Below are positions 41,201 to 53,735 of a stretch of 64,000 bases of DNA, one piece after another (the stretch's first letter is position 1; every line of letters begins with the position of its first letter). The stretch comes from Eledone cirrhosa (lineage: Eukaryota): positions 160,642,001-160,706,000 of the forward strand of contig OZ024740.1 of the NCBI GenBank assembly GCA_964016885.1, written 5' to 3'. Below the pieces are notes generated by a model. The model was not told the DNA's origin. It saw only the letters and a program-made list of their open reading frames with translations, and did not search any database. The translations under genes and the position numbers were made by a program.

Positions 41201-41332
41201 AAGATGACCTGGGATGAGGTGAGAAAAGCCGACCTTACCCAACTACACCTCTCAAAGACAATGACACACGACTGTGACTTCTGGCGTCATGCAGTAATAC
41301 AGAGTACCCGACCTCCCATGGGTACATGTTGA
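38210..41332 (+). pseudogene. RTE APE endonuclease-reverse transcriptase polyprotein, about 1040 codons with one in-frame TGA at 40721-40723
   Basis: 837 aa ORF with VGTINVGSM, CVQETRW, AGDFNGHVG, SQHSLVV, FVDLEKAFDRV, HQGSVLSPLLF and LYADD. The same frame continues after the TGA (EGPVETVDSFCYLGD..) into the 40883-41332 ORF. Confidence 0.93.
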
Positions 41333-42420
41333 AGCATATAAACAATATGCCCCCACACCCCCCACCGCAAGGTGGTCGTGGAGGTGCCACGGCAAAAAAG
41401 CACCCATCCCACACTGTAAAGTGGACGTGTAGGCGCCACAAAAAAGCACCCAGCACTCACTGTAAATGAGGTTGGTGTTAGGAAGGGCATCCAGCTGTAG
41501 AAATCAAGCCAGATCAGTTCCTGTATGAGCAAGGCATGGTCAGCCGACCAGACACTGCACACAACAGGACAACCCGTCTAACCCATGCTAGCGTGGAAGA
41601 ACGGACGTAAAACGGTGATGATGATGATGATGATGATATATATACACACACATATATATTATCATCATCATCATCATCATTTTTTAACATCCATTTTTCT
41701 ATGCTAGCATGAGATAGATGAGAAGTAAACATTAGAGATAAGAAAGATATTGAAATACTAGATTTGGTGCCAATCTTCTTTATCATAAATGTCAGCCAGT
41801 CTAAAGAGATGTAGTTCATAGGAAAATGGAAGTGGATTTGCAGGATCAAATCTTAGGTTAACTTGGAGACTAGAGAAAGTTTTTAGGTATTTATGTTTAC
41901 AATTGAATATTCTATCCATTTAGCGTTTAGTAAATTTTTCCTGGTCATTATTTCCAACACTTCTGTCACACACAGATCACAATCGTTTCTTTCTTGTCAA
42001 AAGGGGTGGGCGAAGTGTAGAATTGACCACAAGAGCTTGTACTCCAATTTTTCTTGCTTTAAGTCATATATTTCTTTTAGCCAACACAGTAATCTTGCAA
42101 AGCTCAGGATTTTTGAGAGAGTGGGTATACACATACTATTTTCTCTTAAAACGGTTAGGTGACCCCCCCCCCCCCACCCACTGCACTGGTACAATGTAAC
42201 TGCAGACAACCCAACAGATGCCCTACTTCACAATAGTGAACCTTGTTCAGCTAAGTACTCGATATTGGGAAAGTAGAGTGTATGAACTGTAAATAGGTAG
42301 TTCCCGATAGCTGAGCTGATGCTGTTTCAACAGTAAATGGATAACTGAGTTATTTGTTCATTTTCAGCTATTTCCAAAAGTTATATATTTGTGTGTGTAG
42401 TGTGTATATATATATATATA

Positions 42421-42459
42421 CTACCTCTATCTTGCTATATCTGAAATAGATTTAAACGA

Positions 42460-42491
<32 letters not shown>

Positions 42492-42582
42492 GTGTGTATA
42501 TATATATATATATATACACACATATGTGTATATATATATATATTCGTTTAAATCTATTTCAGATATAGCAAGATAGAGGTAG
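42421..42582. repeat. Near-perfect 162 bp palindrome centred on (TA)n
   Basis: CTACCTCTATCTTGCTATATCTGAAATAGATTTAAACGAA and its exact reverse complement flank a self-complementary TA/CA/TG core. Confidence 0.95.
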
Positions 42583-44439
42583 GTCATTAGACAAAGTTAC
42601 TGATAAGATACTTCATACTTTTCAAAATTATATAGCCATCAACTTTAATAAACTTCCTATACGACCTTTACAAAAAGCATGCACATATACTATGCACACA
42701 TACACACGTGAGTTGCTGTTGCCTCACATATACACTCACATAAAAATATACACATATATATGTATAACCTTACACACATTCACCCTCACATACTCATTTA
42801 CATTTACACATATTTATACTCTCACATACACATTTACACATATGGATTGATATATACATGTATGTCTGCTTGCATCAGAATATAGCACTGTGTGTGTGTG
42901 TGTGTGTGTTTATGTATGTATGTAGACATACAGACGAATATATATATATGTACACATTTATATAAAATTAGTTATTTGGATGGAACAACCTTTAACATGC
43001 TGATGTATAAATTCTTCAAGGATTTTCTTTTGTGATATTTATCTCTTTTGTGCAGCTAACTGAAATAATTTCTGACTTAACTTTATTTAATCAAGAATCC
43101 TATATCTTGAGATAACAAACTATGACACAAAACAGAAAAGGTAAGAGAGAGATAGAGAAGGAGGTCAGAGAGAGTGTGTATAGGTGGGAGGGAGGGGGGT
43201 AAAGGAGAGAGTGTGTGTAGGAGGGGTATGAGAGAGAGTGTGTCTGAGGGGGGGGGGGGGGGGGGTTAAAGGAAAGAGTGTGTGTATGTATGCATGTGTA
43301 AATGAGAGAGAATAAGTGTAAATGTAAAGTTGAAAAAGAGTGTGAGGTTAGAGGATGAGGTGGAGGAAGGACGGATGCACAAGGAAGAGAAAATACTACT
43401 GCATTTATTGAATCATAATAATCTCTTGTCTTAATCTTTTGACTTAGAAAGTTCAACAGTGCTGGGTTGAACAGCATAAAAACATTGATATCAGTAAGAA
43501 ATATGTGTATTTGTGTGTGGGCACAACTGTGCGTGTGTCGATGCATCTGTTTGTACATGTGAATTAGGTATTTCTATGAGCACACACACACACACACACA
43601 CATGCACACACACACACACGCATTTATATGTATGTGTGTGTGTGCTCATAGAAATACCTAATTCACACGTACAAGCAGATGCATCGACACATACATACAC
43701 ACATACATACACACATACAACACACACACACATACAACACACATACATATATATATACACACACACACATGCGGGTATATATATATATATATATATATAT
43801 ACATACACACATGCGGGTATGCATGTATATATCTACATACATACATGTGGGTATGTATTTATTAGGATATAGCACTCAGTGTGAGTGTATGAATGTATTT
43901 AGACATACATACATATACATATGTATTTGTATATATATATATACTCACATACGTACACACACACTCATATGCTTATATATCTATTATACATATGTGTGTA
44001 CACATTAGCATGTGTCCATTAATATGTATTGCTGTGTACACTGTACACCTATATACACATTTCACATATAGATTTGTATATGTGTATATATATATATATG
44101 TGCGTGTTTTTGAATGCTTGTATCTGTATGTGATGGCTGCAACAGTATCAATATTTAATTAGTCACAAGCTTAATTAAACTTGAACATTATAAAATATCT
44201 TGTTTTTTAACTTTTTCCATTTTTCTTATTCTCTGTTAAATGTCTCTTAGTAAATTCTTTAACAAATTTTTAATTTGGATTACAATAATTCTTGAAAGTT
44301 TCTCTAGAAAAATTATACAAAAATAAACAAACAACCTGTAGCAGCAGCAACAACAACAATAATAATAGTAGTTATAATAATGATAATAATAATAATAATG
44401 ATAAAAATAATAATAATAATGATAATATAAAGACAAAAA

Positions 44440-46990
44440 TGTTACAAAATTTGTAATAAATATTACCGCACAGAATACTTTAGAAGTTTCGACAAAACTA
44501 AAATAAAAATATGAAATGAAGATATAAAATAAAAATGAAATAAAACAAAAAATACATCTTCCTGATTTAATTGAACAGAAACTTCCTGAAGAAGATGGCA
44601 TTACAGCCATCGAACAAATGAGACCTCAGAATATAAACAATGGTGTGCATCATGTGTCAGAGTAAAAAAAAAAATTAATAATAATTATATAATAATTCTA
44701 TGAAGGAAAAAAATCATGGTGGAAAAGGAGAATAGAGCAAGCCATTAAGGAAATAAGGACAGATATCAGTATCCTAAACATAAAGAAAGAAGGCAAACTT
44801 AGATGGAAGGAGAAATACCAGGAACTTGAGTGTAAATACAGGATTAAAGATAAGGGTATATATGTAGTTTTAGAGGAAGTTAAACAGAGACTGCAAGCTA
44901 AAGCATTCAAATTAATAGGATTGATCGATATAAGATCAGCAAAATGTTCCAAAAGGATCAAAAAAGGGTTTACCAGCAGCTAAATGGGATGAAACTAAAT
45001 GAGAAATCAGATACTGAAGAGGGTAATATATTCTGGAGTAACATCTGAGATAGTTATAAAGACCATGTGAAAGAAGCTGAGTAGTTGAAGAAATTACCAT
45101 CTGATAAAGAGGGAATAAAACAGAAAAATGTAACAATAAATACTAAGATTGTGACAAAAGAAGCAAACAAATCTGCATTACACGACAGAATAACTTTACA
45201 AATAAACGATATGATTAACGATGGTGAGGAGATCCCAAAGGGGATTACCACAGGAAAGATAGCATTGTGTGAAAAATGTCCTCTGAAAGGAAATGCTGTT
45301 GATAATTATAGACCTATGATAGGAATCATGTCTGAACATGTTTATAAATTTCTTGAAGCCAACAAGAAAAACTACATGTGGAACAGAAAGGATGTAGGAA
45401 GAAAAGCTGTGTAACATAAGGAGAAGCATATTTTAAAGTGATAGTCTATCACCATTTTTGTTTGTTATTTGCATGATTCCCCTTACACAAATCTTACGGA
45501 AGGCTCAGATGGGGTACACCTTATAATGTAGGGTAAGGCTGAACCATTTGCTCTTTATGACTGATTAGGTCTTTACTAAGAGTGAGAAGTAGATAAATGG
45601 ATTGGTTTCAACAGTAAAGATATTCAGTAGGAATATCAGAACGAAGTTTGGGATTAAGAAGGGAAAAGTGGTTACATTTGAAGGAGTGGAGTTGCCCAAC
45701 AGAAAAATAATCAAGGGAATTGAAGAAGCAAAATGTAGATAGATATCTTGGTGAACTAGAATATGATAAATTTATGGAAAAAGTTATAAGGGAGGCATTT
45801 TCATAGAAATACAAAAGAAGGGTAACATATATACTTAAGTTGAAACTTAATGGCAAGTTTAAGATAACAGTAATTAATTCATGATCTATAGCAGTGTTGA
45901 GATATAGTGCGGGAATTATGAAACGCCAGCTTTGATAGAAATTGAAGACCATGTATGGAGCATTCTACTCTCTGCTCTAAGAATGATGTCAGAATATGTG
46001 TAGCAAGGAACAAAGTGGTAGGGTGTGAGGAATGTTTGAAGACTGAGGAGAATAACCTTGCTTAGTATATTAGGAATTCAGAAGAATTAGTGTTAAAAGC
46101 AGTAAAAAGAAGTGGTGTCATTGATACTGAAAATGCTAAGCTTAAGAATGACAAATGGGAAAATGAAAAGATAGATAAATAGAAAGGAAAAACAATGTAT
46201 GGACAATTTGTGAGAGAAATTCAAGACACAACTCATAAGAGGAAGTCATGGGACTGCCTAAGGAAATGTGACTTTAAAACAATAACTGAAGCACTAATTT
46301 TATCTGCTCAAGAGCAAGCAATCTGAACCATCTTGATAAAAACAAAAGAGAAAAAAAATGTAAATTCACCCTTATGTAGACTTTGTGGTGAATAAAATGA
46401 GACTATGAATGCCTCAATTAGCCCATAAAAGAGATGACATGATAAAGTTGCTAAGATTATCTATTGGAAGTATCATATGGAACAACATGAAATGGCATAT
46501 GAACATCAATCAGAAAGGCTAGTTGAGAATGAATATGTAAAGGTTTTATGGGACATGACTATATATCGTGTGATGATTTGATAACAGCAAGGAGACCTGG
46601 AATAGTTGTGATAGAAAAAAGAGAAAGGATATGTTGAATTATGGATGTTGCCTTTCCTGTAGATGAGAGGATCTACCTCAAAGAAACAGGGAAATTGATA
46701 AATAACAGGACCTTAGAATTTAAGTCTAAATAATATGAAACATGAGAAAGGTTGAGGTCATGTCAATAGTGGTAGATGCTCTTGGTTATGTGACCAAGAA
46801 CTTAGAAAAATGGATAGAAATTCATGAGATCCAGGTGAAGTTAGTACTCCTAGGAACAGCTAGAATTTTGAGTAGGATGATGGGACCAAAAAGAAAGTAA
46901 CCAAGAGTTCCTAGTTAATTAGTTATGACCCATCCTCTTGGTTTAGTAATGTGACAAAAGAACAGTCTGAGAAAGCAGAAATATTAATTA
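44440..46990 (+). mobile_element. R4/Dong-like LINE (RT plus CCHC and restriction-like endonuclease), heavily decayed
   Basis: Remnants KGNAVDNYRP, NHLLFM.D, RYLG.LE, TEALILSAQEQAI, CRLCG..ET, RHDKVAKIIYW, VKVLWD, RRP.IVV and LLGTARIL; preceded by (AAT)n. Confidence 0.8.
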
Positions 46991-47479
46991 ATGTCTATAT
47001 TAATTCAGACAAAAACTTGATATTTCTATTATTATTACTCTTTATAAAATCAATTACCACTGGACATTGTTGTGAGAATGTTTCTATTTCTATGTAAAAA
47101 GCTTTCTTTCTCTCTTCTATTGTTGCTGTTGTTGTTGTGCTCTCAAATAAATTATATCAGCTGCGCACATGACAATGAAGTAACTATAGTAAATTAATAA
47201 ATCATTTCATTTCGGAAGTTGAGAACATCCCTTCCTTTTTTCAAAAAAATATTATTTTAGACCATCCAGTTCAACACTCTTGGAATGAAAACACATTGTT
47301 TGCTTGATTGGCAGAAATAATTATCTTTATTGGGAAGGTGGTTAATATTCGGTTTTTTTTTTTGGGGGGGGGGGCTTACATTTCAGTTATTCAGCTGCAA
47401 ATAAAGTGCAAAGGATGTATGTAGTATAGGCAAACGATGAATAATATTTGTGCAAGTTACCTGCAAGTTACCTTACAAG

Positions 47480-49400
47480 TTACCTGCATTGCTATTAAAT
47501 AAATTGATATCACCATGAGATTATCATACTGTAGCTCTTGTATTTTTCAAGAACACCATTACTGTTACTATGGTTTCTTGTATTATACCATATGTAAGAG
47601 GAATCTTCTCAATTTTACCATGATGGGTATAGTCAAAGACTTTTGAGAAGTCTCCATGTATTAATACTGCATCTAGGTTTTTAGCCCTATTCTCTCAATG
47701 ATTTTTCTAACTGCTAAGTTTTGTCCAACAGAAAACCAATTCAACCTGAATCTGTTTTTCGTTTCTACACTAGAGATTCTCAAGAACTTCTGGTTCAGCA
47801 ATGATTTGTTGGAGACTTTTGTTGCTATTCCTATAAAAGAAATACCTCTGTAATTTTAGCCATGCTTAAATTATCTTTCTTAGGAAATGAGAGAATACAA
47901 ACTTTCAACTTTTCAACTGGATTTTCATTGAATATATTGTATGACAATATTGAAGGCAAATATCATTGTATGCCCCATTCTTCCAGTCTTTTGGTTTTAT
48001 GGTATCAGAGGAGCTGCCTTCCTGATTTGGGTCTACTTCATAATGTCAATGATTTCAGCTAATGTGAAATCACCAAGTTTGATATAAAATCATTTTTCAC
48101 TCTTAATATCCTGCAATAATTTAACAGTAAGTTTCTAAAAATCGGTTTGTTAATTCAAATGTTTATATAGTATCTTTACTGGTGGACAAATTATTTTGAA
48201 AACTTTCACTATTTGAGTAAATACGTTATTTTATAATATTGCAGTTGTGTAATTTCAAGAATGTTTTGCTAATGAGGTTTCATACGGTAGATGACATTGG
48301 GAAGTATGAGCAGATTCAATCTGAAATAGCTATGGGATTGCCAAGAATATTCTAGAAATGTTGGTTCTAATTGTTTAGTCATTCTTGTAGACATATGGTT
48401 TTTAATCTCAACTTCCCACTAATTTCATTGGCAGTTTGCTCTGCTAGGAAAGATATTTTGTTTGCTGCTTCATGTACGATCTAATCTATTTTGTCTCCAT
48501 TGTATTTCTGTTGTTATATCTTCATTGGTGTAATTTAAATCTTGCTGAGATTTTTTGATTTAGTATTTGTTGTGGAAGGTATGGTTGACTTTAAATTTGC
48601 AAGAATCTTTGGTTGAATGCACTTTTCAGTAATTGCTTCAGACTCACATGAGACTTGTTTGATTTTCTTTCTATTGGAAATGCAGCTTGTTGATATGAGA
48701 TGATGAAATTGTTATATGTTTTATTGGAGGAGTTGATTTCAGTTTCTGCTTCAATTTCATGTAGCTTTTTTTTTTTACCAATATTGAGAGCAGACCAACC
48801 AAATGGAAATTGTGAGATTTACTGTTTATTATCATGCAAGACCAATTGAATTCTGGTTGACATTGAATGATCAGAACTGACACTGTCAATGGAACTATAT
48901 GTTTGACGTTTAGTACACTGTTTTTCCACTTATTATTTATAAATCTGTAATCAAATTGAACCATGACACCATTAGAATAAGTTTGTTTGGATCTCTTCTT
49001 TTGAAATTGAGAATTTAGGTAGTGGTAGAAACCAGCTTGATGTAAAATAAATTTGTGGTTGTTATCTTGATTTATCTATGACTTTAAGTTTCCACCAATG
49101 ATTAAGACAAGGTACTTTGTGACCTGTTGAACAAGAGAGAACAGTTTTTTATAGAAATCTCTGACTTTAGCTTCATAATGCAAATTGGTTGTACTGTAAC
49201 ATGAGATGTCAGTGATGCAAGTGTTGCCTTTAAATGTTACAAGAAATATATGAAACAGATATGAAACTCCAGCCTTTACCCATAGTGTGGTATTTTAGGT
49301 TTGGTTCATCATGATAAAGTGATGTTCTTGAATGCATAAGATGTCAATATTTAAAGTTGCCAGTGATAATACCAATTCAGATAATTGGTTAATTGAATTT
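47480..49400 (-). mobile_element. Old decayed RTE-type LINE related to the 6915-7938 family
   Basis: Minus-strand remnants CILSFPKKDNLSMAK.YRGIS, GQNLAVRKIIE and AVLI.GDFSKVFD at 47620-47920. 48135-48225 resembles 53345-53430. The upstream boundary is poorly defined. Confidence 0.6.
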
Positions 49401-49689
49401 GCACATTAAATATCAGAATTGTACACATACATCCATATTTTAGTAATGTAGAATGTTTATTTTTGCTCTGTAGCTAACTTCTTTAATGCTTGGCCATAGC
49501 TGGAATCACAGCAGAATGTATCCCTTGATTATATGTGCAATGGACAACGCAGGTCAAGATCTAATTTTAGTGAGAGTCATTTAAGCCTTTCATTAGCTTA
49601 ATGAGATCTATGATCAGCAGAGTCAACAGACAATTAAGAAATCACTTTCTTTTTCAGATAAACCATGTCACTTCATTGTCCAGCTATAT

Positions 49690-50035
49690 GATAATGATAA
49701 TGATTGTGTACAGTGCTCAGGTGCACTACAACTCATCAAAGGTGCATGTATAGTACATAGAATAATGTACAAATGTCAGGAAAGTGAATAGTGTATGAGT
49801 CAAGATATACACACAGATGCATGTGTGCGTGTGTATGGAGGGGGCATATCAGGTGTAGTGTTGGTGAATTTCAGGAAGTATGGAGGTTTTGAAGGATGCA
49901 GTGTCCCGACAGCCAACAACTGATGCAGGTAGTTTGTTCTATGTTTCAGCAACTCTGAGCATGAAAATATGTGTCAAAAGTCATAGAAGCTGTGCTGTTT
50001 TCTGATTTTGTAAGCATGCTCATGAGTGTTAGACA
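49690..50035 (-). mobile_element. CR1 3' end, same family as 26812-28513
   Basis: Reverse complement of about 28210-28510, including TGTACAGTGCTCAGGTGCACTACAACTCATCAAA. Confidence 0.88.
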
Positions 50036-51619
50036 ATAACAGATGCAGCATATGCTGATGATATCACTCTCTTTGCAGACAATATATCAGAAAAATTCTC
50101 ACCTTTACATAATGTTGAAAAAAATGGCAGAAGACATCAGTCTTTAACTTAAATGCCTCAACAACTGAATACATCTGTTACAAAGAGGACATGCTTCAAT
50201 AATGTATAGGATTGTTTACATCTAGCTGCAAGCTGTTCAGTATAGCTACCTAAATTTGACAGCACTTTTAAGTTACCCCCAAGCTTAATGGTAAATGCAC
50301 TCAGCTGGATTAAGAGTGATATGAAGCTTGGTTCTCCATAATAGCTGTTAACCACGTTTTTCTTCTGTAATACTGTTTTACTTGATTTTCTAAGCTATTA
50401 ATTATAGCAATCATATGTTGTTACAGTTAGTTTTTGCATTTAGGATTCCTACATGTTCAAAAATACGCATTATTTTGTATGTGAATATTGGGGTGAAATT
50501 TTAAATTTCCACTTTCTTAAAGCTTTGATAACAATCTAAGTTACACTAAAAAACAATATAGGGCTTTTCTATCATCATAGTTTTCACACACACATACACA
50601 CACCTTTTATGTATCTAATCATCATTTCTTTCCGCTATCATTTATATCTGCTTCAACACTTTTTTCTATTTAAATGCAAATAAATCTTCCAATCCAACTA
50701 ATTACAATTATTGCCTCTCTTTCCAACTCTCTTTCACTCGCTTTCTATCCAGCCTTCTCTTTCTCTTGCTTTCTCTCTTTTTGTCTTTCTCTCTTGATCA
50801 CTATCCTGTTTAAATTCTCTGTTATTACTTCTATTATTGTTGAATTTCAATTGACTCTCAATGATAGTCTTTGCTTTGTCTTTCTTTCTTTCCCATGTAT
50901 GGTACCAAGCTGATGATGTTATTATCCTCATTTAACCTTAGCACAACACTAACAACAACAAAGATGACAACAACATGCATTCGCATTACAAAGCAATTTT
51001 ATACAGCAATTTTCTTGATGGCAGAATATATCTGTCAGAAGCTTTGTAAGAATTAGAGTCTAATTGATATCTATTTTTATGGCCATTCTCTTTAAAGCCC
51101 TTCACTTACCAACTACACTGAGGTCATGAATTTAGTCTGTTACCCTCAAATTATATAGAAATATTTGTAATTGTTGTAATAATTGTTTGCTGAACAATAC
51201 AAAACATAATTTGATTCATATGACAAAAATGTATTGTCTCTGATTTTATTAATAGTTTGTTTAGATTCAGTTGTAGCTTCTTGAATCAAAAACTCCCAAC
51301 CTAATGTTACAGAAATGTCATGCTGAAAGGTTTTTTAAGTCATAGCTTTTGTAGAATCAAACAAAGCTGCAGATTTTCTTTCTTTGGCTGGATGTACACA
51401 TCTCTCAGATGTTAAGTGAATTGAAAAGATGGTCAAACCATTGTACTATTTCTTAACTAAACTGAAATGATACACTGATAGTTTGTTTGTTTGCAAATAC
51501 TTATTCCATACATATATTTGGTGTATACACACATATACAGACACTGCTCTACCTATCAAGGCACTTCTAGATAGATTTTTAATGATTACCTTGTGTGCTA
51601 TGGATAATTGTATAAATGT

Positions 51620-52810
51620 GATTTGTAAACAGGATGTTGAGAAGTGCCTTAAATGACAGTGGTACTATTGCCCTCATTGGTGCTGAAAAGAATAAAAGCA
51701 AAGAAGTGTCATTATGACTGTTGACGGAAGAAGGAAGTTTTTCTCCCAGTTAGATCCAACACAGAGACTGACTATCCAAGTTAGCAGCAGTATGGTATGC
51801 AAAACAATCAAGGATATGAAGACAGGCAAAGCAGCTGCAGTATTAGGGATAATTGCTGAAATGCTGAAAGCATCTGAGATGGTGAGCAACATGTTAATTG
51901 AGTGATACAGGAGTGTGCCATCCCCAATGACTGATATAGTAGCATCATTGTCAGTTTCTACAAAAGCAAGGGAAATGTACTAGATGGAAGAAACTATAGA
52001 GCATCAAGTTGTTGGACCTGGTCATGAAATTTACTAAAATGGTTACAACTAATTAAAGCTAGATCTAATCTGAATGAGACGCAGTTTGGCTTTGTGCCAG
52101 GTTGAGGTATCACTGATGCCCTCTTGTTAGACATATACAGGAGAAGTAATTAGCTAAAAATATGCCCCTCAACCTAGCGTTTGTTGACTTGGGGAAACCT
52201 TTTGACAAAGTACATCATTCCCTTCTCTGGTGGGTTCTTAGGAAATTAGAGGTAAATAAGTAGCTTGTGAGGGCTGTATAAGCAATCTACAGAGCTGCAG
52301 TCAGTGAGGCTAGAGTGGACAATATGTATAGCTATGAGTTGTGCAGGGAGGTCCACCAGGGTTCTCCCTTCAGCCCTTTCTCTTTATTATATTCAATTCA
52401 TGCCATAACACAGCAGTTTAAAATAGGCTGCTTATTGGAACTACCATATACAGATGACCAAGTGAGACTTGGACCTTCAGTGCAGATTTGCAAAGACTGG
52501 AAAGAAAGATACAAGCTTGTACTGATAGATGTATAACAGTAGTGTCCATGATCAATGAAGCATTAATTAACTGAGAGCAAATCTGAGCATAAGTGAGATC
52601 AGGTGCTGTGTACACTAGAGAAGACTGTAATAGTATGGACAGATGATGCATATAAAATACGAAAGCTGCACAAAGAAATACATGGCACTCAAAGTCGATG
52701 AAAGCTGTGAAAAAGGAAGATCTAGAGAATCTTGGGAGTGTGTGGAGGAAGCTGACATCTTCAAAGAGGTCACACAAGATCAAATTAACTTCCTAAGCAA
52801 GTGGAATGAA
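51620..52810 (+). mobile_element. Decayed RTE LINE fragment with internal deletions
   Basis: IKDMKTGKAA..IIAEMLKAS, QFGFVPG, LAFVDLGKPFDKV, VHQGSPFSP and LPYTDD remnants. Confidence 0.85.
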
Positions 52811-53519
52811 ATGAAGTAGATGCTGGTAGTGAAGAAGCAAAGTGGTACAATGACATCTCTTGGTACCTTCTACCAACTTGCTTTGACCTTCCCTTCCACC
52901 TCCTAAGTCTGCTACCATCTCTTAGTATTTCCTCTCACACTCTTGATTTGCCCCTCATCACTCTATATCTAAATTTAAATCGCTGGCTCAGTTATCTTCT
53001 TGTATATATGAGCTCTACCTACCTCATTATCTAATAGTCAATATTCACATCCTTGATCTCCCTTTCCTTGTCCTATCCATGTCGGCAGTGAAAGACAGAC
53101 ATTCCCCACAATGTATTGCCAGACATCAATCAATCTTTTCAAGGCCACCCAATGTTCACCTACCATCTCTGATACCGTTACTTCCTCCAAGCCATGCACA
53201 CATGAAATGATGCGTACTCTCCTCAGTGTACTACCAGATGTTATTCTCTTGCTTAAGGCCACCCAGCAACCCAACACTTATTCTTCTTTTCTCTCTCCCA
53301 TTGTGGGGTGACATAACATCATGTAATGATTTAGCAAAAAATATCTGAAAGCAGGTTTGTAATTCGAATGTTTAGAGTATCTTTACTAGTCAACAGATCT
53401 TCTGAAAATTTGCAGTTTGGTTAAAGTAAAAATTTCAATTTTTAATTTGATAAAGCCATAATACTGTCTTGTATTTTTTAAAACTGTCTTGATAATGTGA
53501 TTTCATGTGATCCGAAATA

Positions 53520-53735
53520 TTGATTTCTGATTTAGGCACAAGGTCAACAATTTTGGGGAGGGAAAAATCGAGTAAATCAACCCCAGTGCATTACTGGTAT
53601 TTTATTTTATTGACCCCGCAAGGATGAAAGGCAAAGCTAACCTTGGCAGAGTTTGAACTCAGATCATAAAGGGGTATAATCTTATGCCATAAAGCATGTT
53701 GTCCGACACTCAACCAATACTTCCAATCCACTGCT
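53520..53735 (-). mobile_element. SINE family 2 copy, near full length
   Basis: Same motifs as 13553-13737 and 22772-22941. Confidence 0.82.

Larger units (their letters stand above)
37820..41636 (+). mobile_element. Near full-length, young RTE-clade LINE (5' boundary uncertain)
   Basis: Single long ORF with APE, RT and PHD-like domains, a modular 3' UTR and a (GAT)n tail; upstream region has tandem repeats. Confidence 0.95.

Noticed and set aside
40084-41202. Long antisense ORFs (210 aa, 148 aa) and similar ones over other LINE copies
   Set aside because: Shadow frames of the LINE ORF with no recognisable motifs.
44586-44620. CTGAAGA-AGATGGC-attaca-GCCATC-GAAC hammerhead look-alike
   Set aside because: GAAA box incomplete, no stem I or III, and it lies in the decayed R4-like LINE region; likely chance.
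50035-50160. CTGATGA motifs here and at 40372 and 63574
   Set aside because: These are the YADD codons of RT fragments, not ribozyme cores.
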